Shown here piece by piece: positions 35,519 to 43,660 of a DNA stretch of 44,471 bases. The stretch is from IMG/VR virus record IMGVR_UViG_3300046373_000041, positions 1-44,471 of that record, one strand, 5' to 3'. Every line of letters begins with the position of its first letter. The first letter of the stretch is position 1. The notes under the pieces are model-generated. The model searched no databases. It was given only the letters and a program-made list of their open reading frames with translations, and was not told where the DNA came from. Made by a program: the position numbers and the translations under genes. This DNA is from a virus. Taxonomy: Duplodnaviria > Caudoviricetes.

Positions 35519-36914
35519 TTGAGCCGTTCCGGTGCTCGGCGAGTTGCAGCATGATCGCTTCGAGCCGGTCGAGCGTCGGGTGCGCCCCTTCGGCCAGGGC
35601 CGCGACAGCCGGTGGCGCGGCGGGGGCGGCAGCAGGCGCGATATCGCGGGCCGTCGCCGCGTCGGCCCGCGGCAGGCCGTTCACGGAGCGCATGAAGTCT
35701 TCGAGGGGCTGGTCGGGCACGACGATCTTCGCGTCGACCAGTTCCTTGATTGCCGTCGTGGTGATCGCCCGGTTCGCGGACAGGTCGCCAGCGGTCAGGG
35801 TCGGGTACGGTTCGTCGGGGCCGAAGTTGATCTCGACCAGGTCGCGGATGATGTGCTCGGTCGCGGTGCGGGCGAAGTAGTTCGCGATCGACTGGACGGC
35901 CTGCGTGAAGATATCGACGAAGGTGTCGCCGAGGGACCGGGCGCCAGTGTCATGCCCGAGCGTCTTGAACATGGCGAGGGCTGATTCGGCGATCTTCTCG
36001 TCGTGATATTTCATGTGTTCAAGGGCGTCGACCGCGCTGCGGGTGCCGCCGCCGACCAGTTCGAGCTTGCCGCCCCCGTCGGGGATTGACGCGCCAGCGG
36101 TCGCCCCGGCCCTGAAGCCCTGCACGATCTGGTCTGCTTCATTCTTCGGCAGCTTCTCGGCGTTGTAATAGATGACCGGTACCTGCATGCCGTTGCGTTC
36201 GATGATCTGCGCGGACAGGCGCAGGATCTTGTCGCCGATCATCCAGTTCTTATAGGCCGTGCGCAGGATCGAACGGCCCGACCAGTCGGCGCCTTCGCGC
36301 TTGTGGCAGTAGAAGACCAGGCGGTCGACGGGGATGAAGACATCCTGCTTGGCCTTCGGGTCGATCGGGGTCTGCCCGATCCCGGCGAGACCGCCGTCGC
36401 GTGCGACGAAGATATTCGTGATGGTGCGCGGCAGGCGCGGGGCGAGCTTGCGAAGGTGCAGCAGCGTCGGAATGCCGACATTCTCCTGACCGGGCGCGGG
36501 CGGGCCTGCTTCGTAGACCTGCTCGAAGGGCATGAAGCCGAAGGGCAGCGCGAGCAGCGCGGTCTCTAGGTGGTCGAGCCAGACGATGCCTTCGCGGCGG
36601 CGGCGTTCGAGCGCTTCGTCAGCTACGTTCAGGCCGATCTCGGTCTCGATGAACTTCATCACTTCGGGGCGCACGTTCGCGCCTTGTAGCTGCCAGCGCG
36701 CGGCCAGAATCGGCAGATTGATCGCCGAGATCAGCGACCCGACCTGCCCGTCGGTCGTGCGCATCTCGTCGTAGATCGGGATGCTGACGGGGAAGTGCAG
36801 GTCGGGGTTCGGGTCGAGCGGTTCGATGATGAAGGCCGTCGCTGCCGTCTTCGATTCGGCGTTGATAGCGATGCCGCCTGTTATGCCGACTTCCGGCGCT
36901 GCTTTAACAACCAT
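35508..36914 (-). CDS. portal protein (Mu gp29/DUF935-like)
   Basis: YDEM...DGQV, GFMPFEQVY, GRSILRTAY, GARSLG. Confidence 0.9.
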   Translation of the reverse strand: MVVKAAPEVGITGGIAINAESKTAATAFIIEPLDPNPDLHFPVSIPIYDEMRTTDGQVGSLISAINLPILAARWQLQGANVRPEVMKFIETEIGLNVADEALERRRREGIVWLDHLETALLALPFGFMPFEQVYEAGPPAPGQENVGIPTLLHLRKLAPRLPRTITNIFVARDGGLAGIGQTPIDPKAKQDVFIPVDRLVFYCHKREGADWSGRSILRTAYKNWMIGDKILRLSAQIIERNGMQVPVIYYNAEKLPKNEADQIVQGFRAGATAGASIPDGGGKLELVGGGTRSAVDALEHMKYHDEKIAESALAMFKTLGHDTGARSLGDTFVDIFTQAVQSIANYFARTATEHIIRDLVEINFGPDEPYPTLTAGDLSANRAITTTAIKELVDAKIVVPDQPLEDFMRSVNGLPRADAATARDIAPAAAPAAPPAVAALAEGAHPTLDRLEAIMLQLAEHRNGSNVL

Positions 36915-36920
36915 GCCCCG

Positions 36921-36955
36921 ACTATCGGCGACGCGCCGGGCCTGCGGTGGGAAGG
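36921..36955 (-). promoter_or_regulatory. phage-specific promoter copy, leaderless (CCTTCCCAC-N20-GATAGT-N6-ATG)
   Basis: Motif at 36947-36955, -10 at 36921-36926, ATG at 36914. Confidence 0.75.
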
Positions 36956-36956
36956 C

Positions 36957-37001
36957 TTGACTCGGGCTACCGGCCCACCTAAGTTTGTTCTAAGCGTTAC
37001 T
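36957..37001 (+). promoter_or_regulatory. sigmaA promoter TTGACT-N17-TAAGTT with operator box and no credible downstream ORF
   Basis: -35 at 36957-36962, -10 at 36980-36985, box at 36987-37001. Confidence 0.7.
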
Positions 37002-37103
37002 ACATTCTAAGGCCTTTTTTGAAACTCGAAACAGCATTTGCCATACTCGCCGCTGCCGCCGCCCGCGACCGGCGCGAGGTCATGCGCGCCAGGCTGGCCG
37101 CGA

Positions 37104-38558
37104 TCACAGCCGGGCCGTCGACAGATCGCCCGTCAGGGTCGTCGCAGCACGACGATCGGCGAGACCCTGCGCGCTGAAGGGCTGGTGCGCGCCCTTGCCG
37201 ATCAACTCTTGCAGCAGGTAGCGCAGCGCGTCGGGGGCGTGGTCTTCGGCGGTCGTGTCGACGTCGTCGGGGTTCTTCTTATCCCGCGGCAGGGCGGGCA
37301 GGGTGCGGATCAGGTTCACACATGACGAGTGGATCAGCAGCCGGGGCAGGCCGTCGTCGCGCAAGCGCAGCTGCTCGTCGACCAGTGCCCAGCCGCCGAC
37401 CCGCTCATTCCTTGCCTTGCCGATCGAGTCGCCGAAGATCTGATAGTAAGCGTCGGCGATCGAGCCGGGCGGGGGCGCGCCATTGCTCGCGACGGCAAGT
37501 GGATTATTGACCGACTTCGCCCACATTGACGGGTCGAGCACCATCGAGATAGGCCGCTCGGGCATGCGTTCGCCCTCCTGCTCGGCATCACGGATCGCTT
37601 CGGCCTGCTGCCGCGGGGTCAGGCCCTTGATGTAAAGCTCGCGATAGACGACGACCAGGTTGTCGGGCAGCTTCGCCCCCCACAGGGCAGCGAAGGGGGC
37701 GCTGCTGCCGTAGTCGATGCCGATCGCCCGCGGGTAGCCGACGTGCGGGATCGGCAGCGCCGACGGCTCGATCACATGGTGTGCGATGTTCCACTGAGGG
37801 AAACGCATGCCTTCCATGACGTTCCAGTCGCCGTCGAGCAGCGCCCGCCGCAGCGTGTCGGGCAGGCCCTTCAGGTGATCCATGTAGCCGCCGTCGTTGT
37901 GCGGGTTGTCGAAGGCGGTCGCGGGGATATAGCAGCGGGTCGGCGGGTTCGGCTGCTTCGCGGTCGGCTTCGCCCTGAAGACGGTGCGGGCCGGGGCGGG
38001 GTCGACGAAGCGTTTCTTGACCCAATGGTGCCCGACGCCGCCAGGGTTCGCGGTGAGGATCATGCGGGGCTTCAGGCCGAGCTTTTCGAGGCCTTCGCGG
38101 ACCTTGCCCGCGGCGCGCAGGCGTGACTTCATGTAGCGGAACTGGTATTCGGTGAAGTGCGTCGCTTCTTCGAAGCAGATGAACTGAAGCTCGGCGCCCT
38201 GATATTTGTCGAGATCCTTCGCCGTCGACAGGTGCCCGAGTTCGAGCACCGAACCGTTGTTGAAATACCATTTGTGGTCGCTGCGGTGGTAGTAGCCGAG
38301 TTCCTGCGGGATCTCGGACAGTAGCGGCCCGGCGACCGAACGGTTCAGGTCGGGGTACGTGCGCCTGAAGATGATCGCTTGCAGGCCGGGCACTTGCAGG
38401 CAGGCGAGTACCGCTTCGGCGCGACCCCAGCGGGATTTACCGCCGCCAGCTGCGCCGCCGTAGAGCAGTTCGTCGACGTGGATTGAGTGGGCGAAGGCCT
38501 GCTTCTCGCTCGGCGTGTAGTCGTACTGGACGACGGTCGCGGGGGCGTTGTCTAGCAT
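37104..38558 (-). CDS. terL: terminase large subunit
   Basis: YGGAAGGGKS Walker A, FEEA Walker B, TANPGG, GIDYG, DHAPDALRY. Confidence 0.97.
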   Translation of the reverse strand: MLDNAPATVVQYDYTPSEKQAFAHSIHVDELLYGGAAGGGKSRWGRAEAVLACLQVPGLQAIIFRRTYPDLNRSVAGPLLSEIPQELGYYHRSDHKWYFNNGSVLELGHLSTAKDLDKYQGAELQFICFEEATHFTEYQFRYMKSRLRAAGKVREGLEKLGLKPRMILTANPGGVGHHWVKKRFVDPAPARTVFRAKPTAKQPNPPTRCYIPATAFDNPHNDGGYMDHLKGLPDTLRRALLDGDWNVMEGMRFPQWNIAHHVIEPSALPIPHVGYPRAIGIDYGSSAPFAALWGAKLPDNLVVVYRELYIKGLTPRQQAEAIRDAEQEGERMPERPISMVLDPSMWAKSVNNPLAVASNGAPPPGSIADAYYQIFGDSIGKARNERVGGWALVDEQLRLRDDGLPRLLIHSSCVNLIRTLPALPRDKKNPDDVDTTAEDHAPDALRYLLQELIGKGAHQPFSAQGLADRRAATTLTGDLSTARL

Positions 38559-39025
38559 CAGTCTTCGGTCTCTTCGATCTCGAAGGCCGCGACGTCCATC
38601 CCTTCGCGTAGCGCTGCGGGGTCGACGACTAGCTGCACACTGCCGCCGCCGCGCTGATTGATCTCGGTCGGGGCGTCGAGGCCGAGCAGCTTCGCCCGTC
38701 GGTTCATCGCCAGGATGCCAGCCTTCACGACGGGCACGTTCCCCTTGAACAGGCCCTTCGTTGCCAGGCCTTGAATGATCATGTCGAGCCGCTGAATTTC
38801 CAGCTGACGGACTTCGTCGGCAGGTTCTTTGATGGTCTCTTCGTAGGCTGCGACGATCGCGCGGCGGGCGTTGTGCCGGTCGCCGTTATACATGGTGCCG
38901 CCCGGTCCGCCTTCGTAGGGGGCGTCGGCGATCTGCTGATAGGTCATGCCCATCGCGCGCATTTCGAGGGCCTTCACGACGCGCTTTTGCGCTTCGATCG
39001 TGTCGGGGGTGACTTTCGGGGGCAT
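38558..39025 (-). CDS. terS: terminase small subunit
   Basis: ALEMRAMGMTYQQIA HTH; RRAKLLGLDAP. Confidence 0.85.
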   Translation of the reverse strand: MPPKVTPDTIEAQKRVVKALEMRAMGMTYQQIADAPYEGGPGGTMYNGDRHNARRAIVAAYEETIKEPADEVRQLEIQRLDMIIQGLATKGLFKGNVPVVKAGILAMNRRAKLLGLDAPTEINQRGGGSVQLVVDPAALREGMDVAAFEIEETED

Positions 39026-39064
39026 GGGGGCTATTCCCCTTTCGGTGTCGGCGGTATGTCCGAC

Positions 39065-39099
39065 ATGGTGCCCGAGCGCGGGAGGCCTAGGTGGGAAGG
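39065..39099 (-). promoter_or_regulatory. phage-specific promoter copy for terS (CCTTCCCAC-N20-CACCAT)
   Basis: Motif at 39091-39099, -10 at 39065-39070. Confidence 0.7.
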
Positions 39100-39355
39100 C
39101 TTAGGGCGCCGCTGCCGCTGTAATCGATTGCGGGTTCCCGAGGGTTACGCGAATGTGTCATATGTCATGCAAGTTTTTCCGAAAAGCCAGCCGACGCGCC
39201 GTTCGGTTCATAACTTTGTTTGATCTGTTCATCTGTGACACGCTTGAATATTACGATTTGCGGAGAAATTGCTCTTACCCTTTCAGCAAACTCCAAGCAA
39301 ATCGTGTTACTTTCAGCTTGACTTACTGCGCCCACAGATAAGGTACGATGTTCTA

Positions 39356-39673
39356 ATGGCTATAACAAACAAGCCCGAACGACTGCTCGACTACGAACTG
39401 CTTGCCGACAAGCTCGGTATCAGCATCGAGTCGGCACGCGCCTACAACGCCCGAGCCACGCATCATCGCAAGCTCGCAGCACGCTATGACGACCCGAACT
39501 ACGTGCGGCCCGGCGACCTTCCCGAGCCTGACGCCTACTTCGGCCAGTCGCCCGCGTGGAACGAGGCAACGATCGACGAATGGGACCGCGCCCGGCCAGG
39601 CAGGGGCAACATGATCGCGCCCGCGCCGAGTGGGACCAGCCCAAAAGTAAGCCCGGCTCTGGTCGGCGTCTAG
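39356..39673 (+). CDS. AlpA/Xis-like winged-HTH DNA-binding protein, leaderless
   Basis: LLDYELLADKLGISIES...LPEPD..FGQSPAW...IDEW; TACGAT -10 (39344-39349) lies 6 nt before the ATG. Confidence 0.8.
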   Translation: MAITNKPERLLDYELLADKLGISIESARAYNARATHHRKLAARYDDPNYVRPGDLPEPDAYFGQSPAWNEATIDEWDRARPGRGNMIAPAPSGTSPKVSPALVGV

Positions 39674-39690
39674 AGTGACGCCCTGACCAA

Positions 39691-39735
39691 AAACAAAACG
39701 CCCCGCGACTCTGAATGTCGCGGGGCGTTTCGTTT
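39691..39735. terminator. bidirectional intrinsic terminator
   Basis: AAACGCCCCGCGAC/GTCGCGGGGCGTTT stem with A and T flanks between convergent genes. Confidence 0.85.
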
Positions 39736-39739
39736 CAGC

Positions 39740-39904
39740 CTACTCGGGTCTGGTCGTCAGTAGCGCGACGCCCATCGCGATAAGCGAGCAGATCCCAAAG
39801 ACTTCCCATAGGTCGGGCATCGGGGCATCGGTCATGCCGTCGACGATCGCGAAGATCCCGAGCATGGTCAGCAGCAGGCCGAAGAACATACGTTTGGTGC
39901 TCAT
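39740..39904 (-). CDS. small two-TM membrane protein (54 aa)
   Basis: Translated by hand: MSTKRMFFGLLLTMLGIFAIV... Confidence 0.65.
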   Translation of the reverse strand: MSTKRMFFGLLLTMLGIFAIVDGMTDAPMPDLWEVFGICSLIAMGVALLTTRPE

Positions 39905-40468
39905 TTAGAAGTCGATTCTGTGTTCGGAGGGGTCGAACTGGTGCGAGCAGTTCGGGCATTCGACGGTCTGGATCTTCTTCGCCGGTTCGTCGAGGTCTTC
40001 TTCGGGGTTGTTGTCGCCGAGCAGCTGCTTCAGTTCGGCTTCGGTCCAGCCGGTCGGCAGCAGGTCTTCGACGCTGGTCAGCTGCGCGACCAGGGCGTCG
40101 ACGTCATAGGTCGCGTCGTCGCTTAGCTTGTTGTGAACAAGGTTCATCGCGATCGCACGGTCATCGTCGACGTCGAGGTAGACGACCGGGACGTGCTTCA
40201 TGCCGCAGTCGAGCGCCGCCTTATAGGAATGGTTGCCGGTGATGATGTTGCCGGTCGAGCGCTGCACGGTCAGCGGGTCGAAGAAGCCGTTCTGCTCGAT
40301 CGACGTGACGATCTTCTCGACGACCCCCTTGCGGGCATTGCCGGGAAATAGGGACAGTTCGGCGACGTCGACCCATTCGATCCACATGTCGTGATGCAGG
40401 ACGGGCTTCAGCGAGCCGAGCTTTTCGAGATCTGCGACCGACAGGATCGTGACTTTGCCCGGCGTCAT
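39905..40468 (-). CDS. ParB-like nuclease domain protein with C-terminal CPNC motif
   Basis: PGNARKG, SIEQNGFFDPL, IITGNH, HNKL. Confidence 0.85.
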   Translation of the reverse strand: MTPGKVTILSVADLEKLGSLKPVLHHDMWIEWVDVAELSLFPGNARKGVVEKIVTSIEQNGFFDPLTVQRSTGNIITGNHSYKAALDCGMKHVPVVYLDVDDDRAIAMNLVHNKLSDDATYDVDALVAQLTSVEDLLPTGWTEAELKQLLGDNNPEEDLDEPAKKIQTVECPNCSHQFDPSEHRIDF

Positions 40469-41172
40469 GCTGCGAGGCCCATCTGCTTCGCTGCGGCCTT
40501 CACTGCGGCGCGCGCCTTGATGCTGACGACCTTCGGGGCGGCTTCGGCGAGGATCGTCGCACTGCGGGCCTGCTGGCGGCGGTCGCGGGCCGTCGCGGCG
40601 GTGTCGTTGCCGGGCGTCATTGGGTCGGCGACGCGGGCCAGGTGGGACGGGTGACCGGCTGCTGACATGATCGGCAGGCCGCGGGCGTTGGGGCGCTCGT
40701 GTTCGGCGTAGGCGTAGGCGGGGGCGGCTTCGAGGATCGCATCGACGGGCTGCACGGTGGGGACGTAGGCCCGCGCAGCTTCGAGGGCGACCGAGTCGTC
40801 GGCGACAAGGTGCAAGTGTCGGGGTTTGTGCGCCGTTTTGCGGGTGCCTGCGTGCTCGATGATGCCAGAGTCGGTCAGCAGGACGACCGCGGCCCGCAGG
40901 GGGGCGACGCGGTCGTCTGAGAGGGTCATATTATGGTCGATGCCGCGGGCGACAGCTTCGAGGGCTATGCTGACGGCGGTTGAGACGGTTGCGGGTTCGT
41001 GCAGCGACAGCGCTGCGGCCCCCAGTGTGACAGTTCCGAAGCCGCCGCAGATCGGGCAGTTCGAGGATACGAGTTGTGCGTGTCGTTTGGCGCAGGCCGG
41101 GCAGCAGCGTGTGATCAATTTCGAGACCTTCCCCAGGCGCCCCCCATTAGGGCGAAGAATGTTTGTACGCAT
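40465..41172 (-). CDS. zinc-finger protein, candidate transcriptional regulator
   Basis: N-terminal CCPAC...CPICGG; regulatory function is an inference. Confidence 0.55.
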   Translation of the reverse strand: MRTNILRPNGGRLGKVSKLITRCCPACAKRHAQLVSSNCPICGGFGTVTLGAAALSLHEPATVSTAVSIALEAVARGIDHNMTLSDDRVAPLRAAVVLLTDSGIIEHAGTRKTAHKPRHLHLVADDSVALEAARAYVPTVQPVDAILEAAPAYAYAEHERPNARGLPIMSAAGHPSHLARVADPMTPGNDTAATARDRRQQARSATILAEAAPKVVSIKARAAVKAAAKQMGLAA

Positions 41173-41212
41173 ACAACAATACCGCCCCCACTCGGTTCGA
41201 GCGGGGGCGGTA
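41173..41212 (-). terminator. terminator/attenuator-like hairpin just before the zinc-finger gene start
   Basis: 15-bp stem (one G-U pair on the minus strand) followed by UUGUUGU and then AUG. Confidence 0.6.
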
Positions 41213-41255
41213 CTCTCTTTGCGGCGTGTCGCTACTTGGTTCTATCCATTCAAAC

Positions 41256-41642
41256 TTACCCGCTAGGGTCAGTTTGCTTATCATCGGGAGTCGCGGGCTT
41301 GATCCCGAGCAGGATGACCTTGCCACCGAAGGTCACTCGACCGTGCACGATCGCCGTGTCGGCGTGCCCCATCCTGACGGCGGTTGTTAGCAGCGTTCGA
41401 AGATCCTGCAAGCAGATGAACTTCTGCCCTGCCTGCGGTTCGACGTGCACGCCGTTCGCTGCGGTCGGCTTGTCGCTCGGCAGGTTGAACCATGCCCGGT
41501 CGGTGTCGGTGTCGAAGTCGGGGTGCCTGACGTAGACCGCCCCGTTCCCGTCGACGATCCGGTCGGCGGCGACCTGCTGGTCGAGATCCCAGCGCTGACC
41601 GTCCCGCGGCCCGCCGTAGTAGACGTCAAACCGGGCGGTCAT
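41256..41642 (-). CDS. hypothetical protein (GGPxDG motif)
   Basis: YYGGPRDGQ; coupled start. Confidence 0.7.
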   Translation of the reverse strand: MTARFDVYYGGPRDGQRWDLDQQVAADRIVDGNGAVYVRHPDFDTDTDRAWFNLPSDKPTAANGVHVEPQAGQKFICLQDLRTLLTTAVRMGHADTAIVHGRVTFGGKVILLGIKPATPDDKQTDPSG

Positions 41643-42256
41643 TTGCTATCCCCGAAGAAGGCGCGTAGGCGGGCGTTCAAGGTCTGGCGGCGGTAGTGCC
41701 GGGCCTGCCGCTTCGTGATGATCTCGACGTGCCCCAGCTGCTCGCCTTCGTTGCCACTCCACACGCCCCAGCCTTCGACCTTCGGCGCGGGTACGCTATG
41801 CCAGGCGGCATATTCGTCGTAGGCCCTGACGCACTCAGCGCCCGCACTCAGCCGCCAGGCGCCGAGCATGCTGGTCGCCGACAGGGTCATCTTGCGGGCC
41901 GGGCCGGGGGTCTGCGTGAAGACTTCCAGGCCGAAGCTGGTCGCCTTCCCGGTGATGATCCCGACCGTGCCGAAGCCGCTGCCGTGAGTCTTGTCGAACA
42001 CTGCCAGGTCGCCAGTCTCGAAGCCCCAGTCGGCGACGCGCTCGAAGTTGCCGACCATGACCTGAAGCGGGTCTTCCCAAAGGTCGACCGCGGCAGGGTA
42101 GGGGAAGATCCAGTCACGCCCGAGCAGCCTGCCGATGTAGGCGGCGGCGAGATCCGGCGATTGCGCCCCGAAGAAGCCGTCGACGTCGATCTCGGCGCCT
42201 TCGTACTCGTCGATGAACTCGGCGAGCTTGCCCTTCACGTATTCACTCGTTGTCAT
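41639..42256 (-). CDS. inactive CHAP-like protein
   Basis: DGFFGAQSPDL (Cys to Ser) and GFGTVGI (His to Thr) compared with the CHAP in the hub gene. Confidence 0.65.
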   Translation of the reverse strand: MTTSEYVKGKLAEFIDEYEGAEIDVDGFFGAQSPDLAAAYIGRLLGRDWIFPYPAAVDLWEDPLQVMVGNFERVADWGFETGDLAVFDKTHGSGFGTVGIITGKATSFGLEVFTQTPGPARKMTLSATSMLGAWRLSAGAECVRAYDEYAAWHSVPAPKVEGWGVWSGNEGEQLGHVEIITKRQARHYRRQTLNARLRAFFGDSK

Positions 42257-42371
42257 CGTCATCCTTCTCAAGCTCCTTTTCGATTGCGAGTTTCGTGCGC
42301 CCGGCTCGTCGGGCGACTTCTTCGAGATCCAGGCCGAGCGACAGCAGGTAGCGGATATCGCCCGCGCTCAC
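42243..42371 (-). CDS. small HTH-like protein (42 aa)
   Basis: Translated by hand: MSAGDIRYLLSLGLDLEEVARRAGRT...; GTGA overlap. Confidence 0.5.
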   Translation of the reverse strand: MSAGDIRYLLSLGLDLEEVARRAGRTKLAIEKELEKDDDDNE

Positions 42372-42664
42372 GCTTCAACCCTCCCGCAGGCGGCGCAGTA
42401 GCGGCGCCTGCCGGGGTGGTCGACGATCATCTGCCACGACTCGCACTGATGCTTCGGCGGCTCGATCGACTGCTGTCCTGCGGTCACGATCTCGCCGACG
42501 ATCTCGACGGGCTTCAGTAGGATGCGGGTCTGCGCCCGCGCCCGGTCGTGCTTGACGACCAGGTCGCCCGCTCGGGCGGCTTCTTCGTCGGTGATCAGGA
42601 CGTCGCCCCCGAGCCGGGCGACCAGGGCTGCAACGTAGCCTGTCCCGCGCTGCTGTCTACTCAT
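42368..42664 (-). CDS. hypothetical protein with C-terminal Cys motif
   Basis: Coupled start and stop; HQC...CAACG. Confidence 0.65.
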   Translation of the reverse strand: MSRQQRGTGYVAALVARLGGDVLITDEEAARAGDLVVKHDRARAQTRILLKPVEIVGEIVTAGQQSIEPPKHQCESWQMIVDHPGRRRYCAACGRVEA

Positions 42665-42939
42665 GCTGCCCAGTGCCCTTCATAGTCTTCGTCGAGTTCG
42701 GGCCGGTGCGCTGGCCTGCGCCTACGCGGCCCCTTGCGCAGCTGCACGACCTTCGCGATCTTGCCTTCGATCGGGCGCTCGGTGCGCAAATGCCAGACCG
42801 TCGCGAAGCCTTCGGCGGTGCAGTCGGGGCAAGGATAGGCGACCTGCTGCGTCGGCCCCTTGCCCTTGCGCCGGTTCATCCGGTCGCGGTTGTCGATCGC
42901 CTGTTCTTCAGACCTGAACGGGCGCTTCATGCAGGCCAT
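42661..42939 (-). CDS. hypothetical protein (CxKxxF...YxCxxC...WHL family)
   Basis: Start reassigned to ATG 42939, which overlaps the upstream TAA. Confidence 0.65.
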   Translation of the reverse strand: MACMKRPFRSEEQAIDNRDRMNRRKGKGPTQQVAYPCPDCTAEGFATVWHLRTERPIEGKIAKVVQLRKGPRRRRPAHRPELDEDYEGHWAA

Positions 42940-43397
42940 TATGCGGCCTGATCGAGCACGTCTTCGATCGCGGTCTGCCCGGCGATCGGCTGGTCTACGG
43001 TCGGCCTGCGCCGCTTCGGCTCGGGGTGTTCCCACTTGATCGGCGCAGACGACTCGACCCTGCCGACCGCGCCCCATGCCGTCAGCAGGGCGAGCCGGTT
43101 CGCTGCTGCCGCCTTGCTGAAGTAGTTGGCGCGGCGCAGGATCGGCACGGTCAGCAGCGGCTCGCCGCCCGAGCAGATGGTCGCCCCGGCGATCGGGCCT
43201 TCGCGCCAGTCGTCGTTATCGGCGTAGACGCGATCTGAGAGGTCGATGCCTTCGAGCCAGGGCGGGCAGTCGAGCGGTGCGCCGGGGTTGTGGAATAGCT
43301 CGACGGCGGTCTCGTAGTCGTTCTGGTGCTGCTGGTCGAAGGGCTTGCCGTCGGGCGTCGGGTAGGACTCGACGACGACGCGGTGCACGCGGCTCAT
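42939..43397 (-). CDS. hypothetical protein
   Basis: Coupled ORF in the operon. Confidence 0.7.
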   Translation of the reverse strand: MSRVHRVVVESYPTPDGKPFDQQHQNDYETAVELFHNPGAPLDCPPWLEGIDLSDRVYADNDDWREGPIAGATICSGGEPLLTVPILRRANYFSKAAAANRLALLTAWGAVGRVESSAPIKWEHPEPKRRRPTVDQPIAGQTAIEDVLDQAA

Positions 43398-43660
43398 GCG
43401 AGACCGAGCCGGGTTTCGACGTCCGCCTGCACGGACTTCAGGATGTTTTCGCTCGGGACGTAGGCGAGCCGGTACTGCGACGCGACGTTCAGGTAGGCGA
43501 GCAGGTTCGCGGTCTGCTGCGCTTCGACCAGGGCGATAGTGGCCTGCGCTAGTGCTGCTGCCGCTCTGCCTGCGTACTGTTCGATCGTGATGCCGTCGGG
43601 GGCGTTCAGGTTGAGTTTAGCCGCGGCGAGGTAGTCGGGCGCTGGCTTCGTGTCTGACAT
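43394..43660 (-). CDS. hypothetical protein (EAQQTANLLA motif)
   Basis: GAAAG RBS; TAGACT -10 and a degenerate operator box (43692-43706) upstream. Confidence 0.7.
   Translation of the reverse strand: MSDTKPAPDYLAAAKLNLNAPDGITIEQYAGRAAAALAQATIALVEAQQTANLLAYLNVASQYRLAYVPSENILKSVQADVETRLGLA

Noticed and set aside
37038-37325. 95-aa plus-strand ORF downstream of the orphan promoter
   Set aside because: TTG start without an RBS, and mostly overlaps terL on the opposite strand.
39905-40468. ParB-like gene as a partition or DNA-modification system
   Set aside because: No ParA, parS array or adjacent methylase/modification enzyme is visible in the window.
40615-40650. Exact CCGTCCCAC inside the zinc-finger gene
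   Set aside because: The hexamer at N20 is AATGAC, which lacks T6; not counted among the ten copies, though a weak promoter for the ParB-like gene cannot be excluded.
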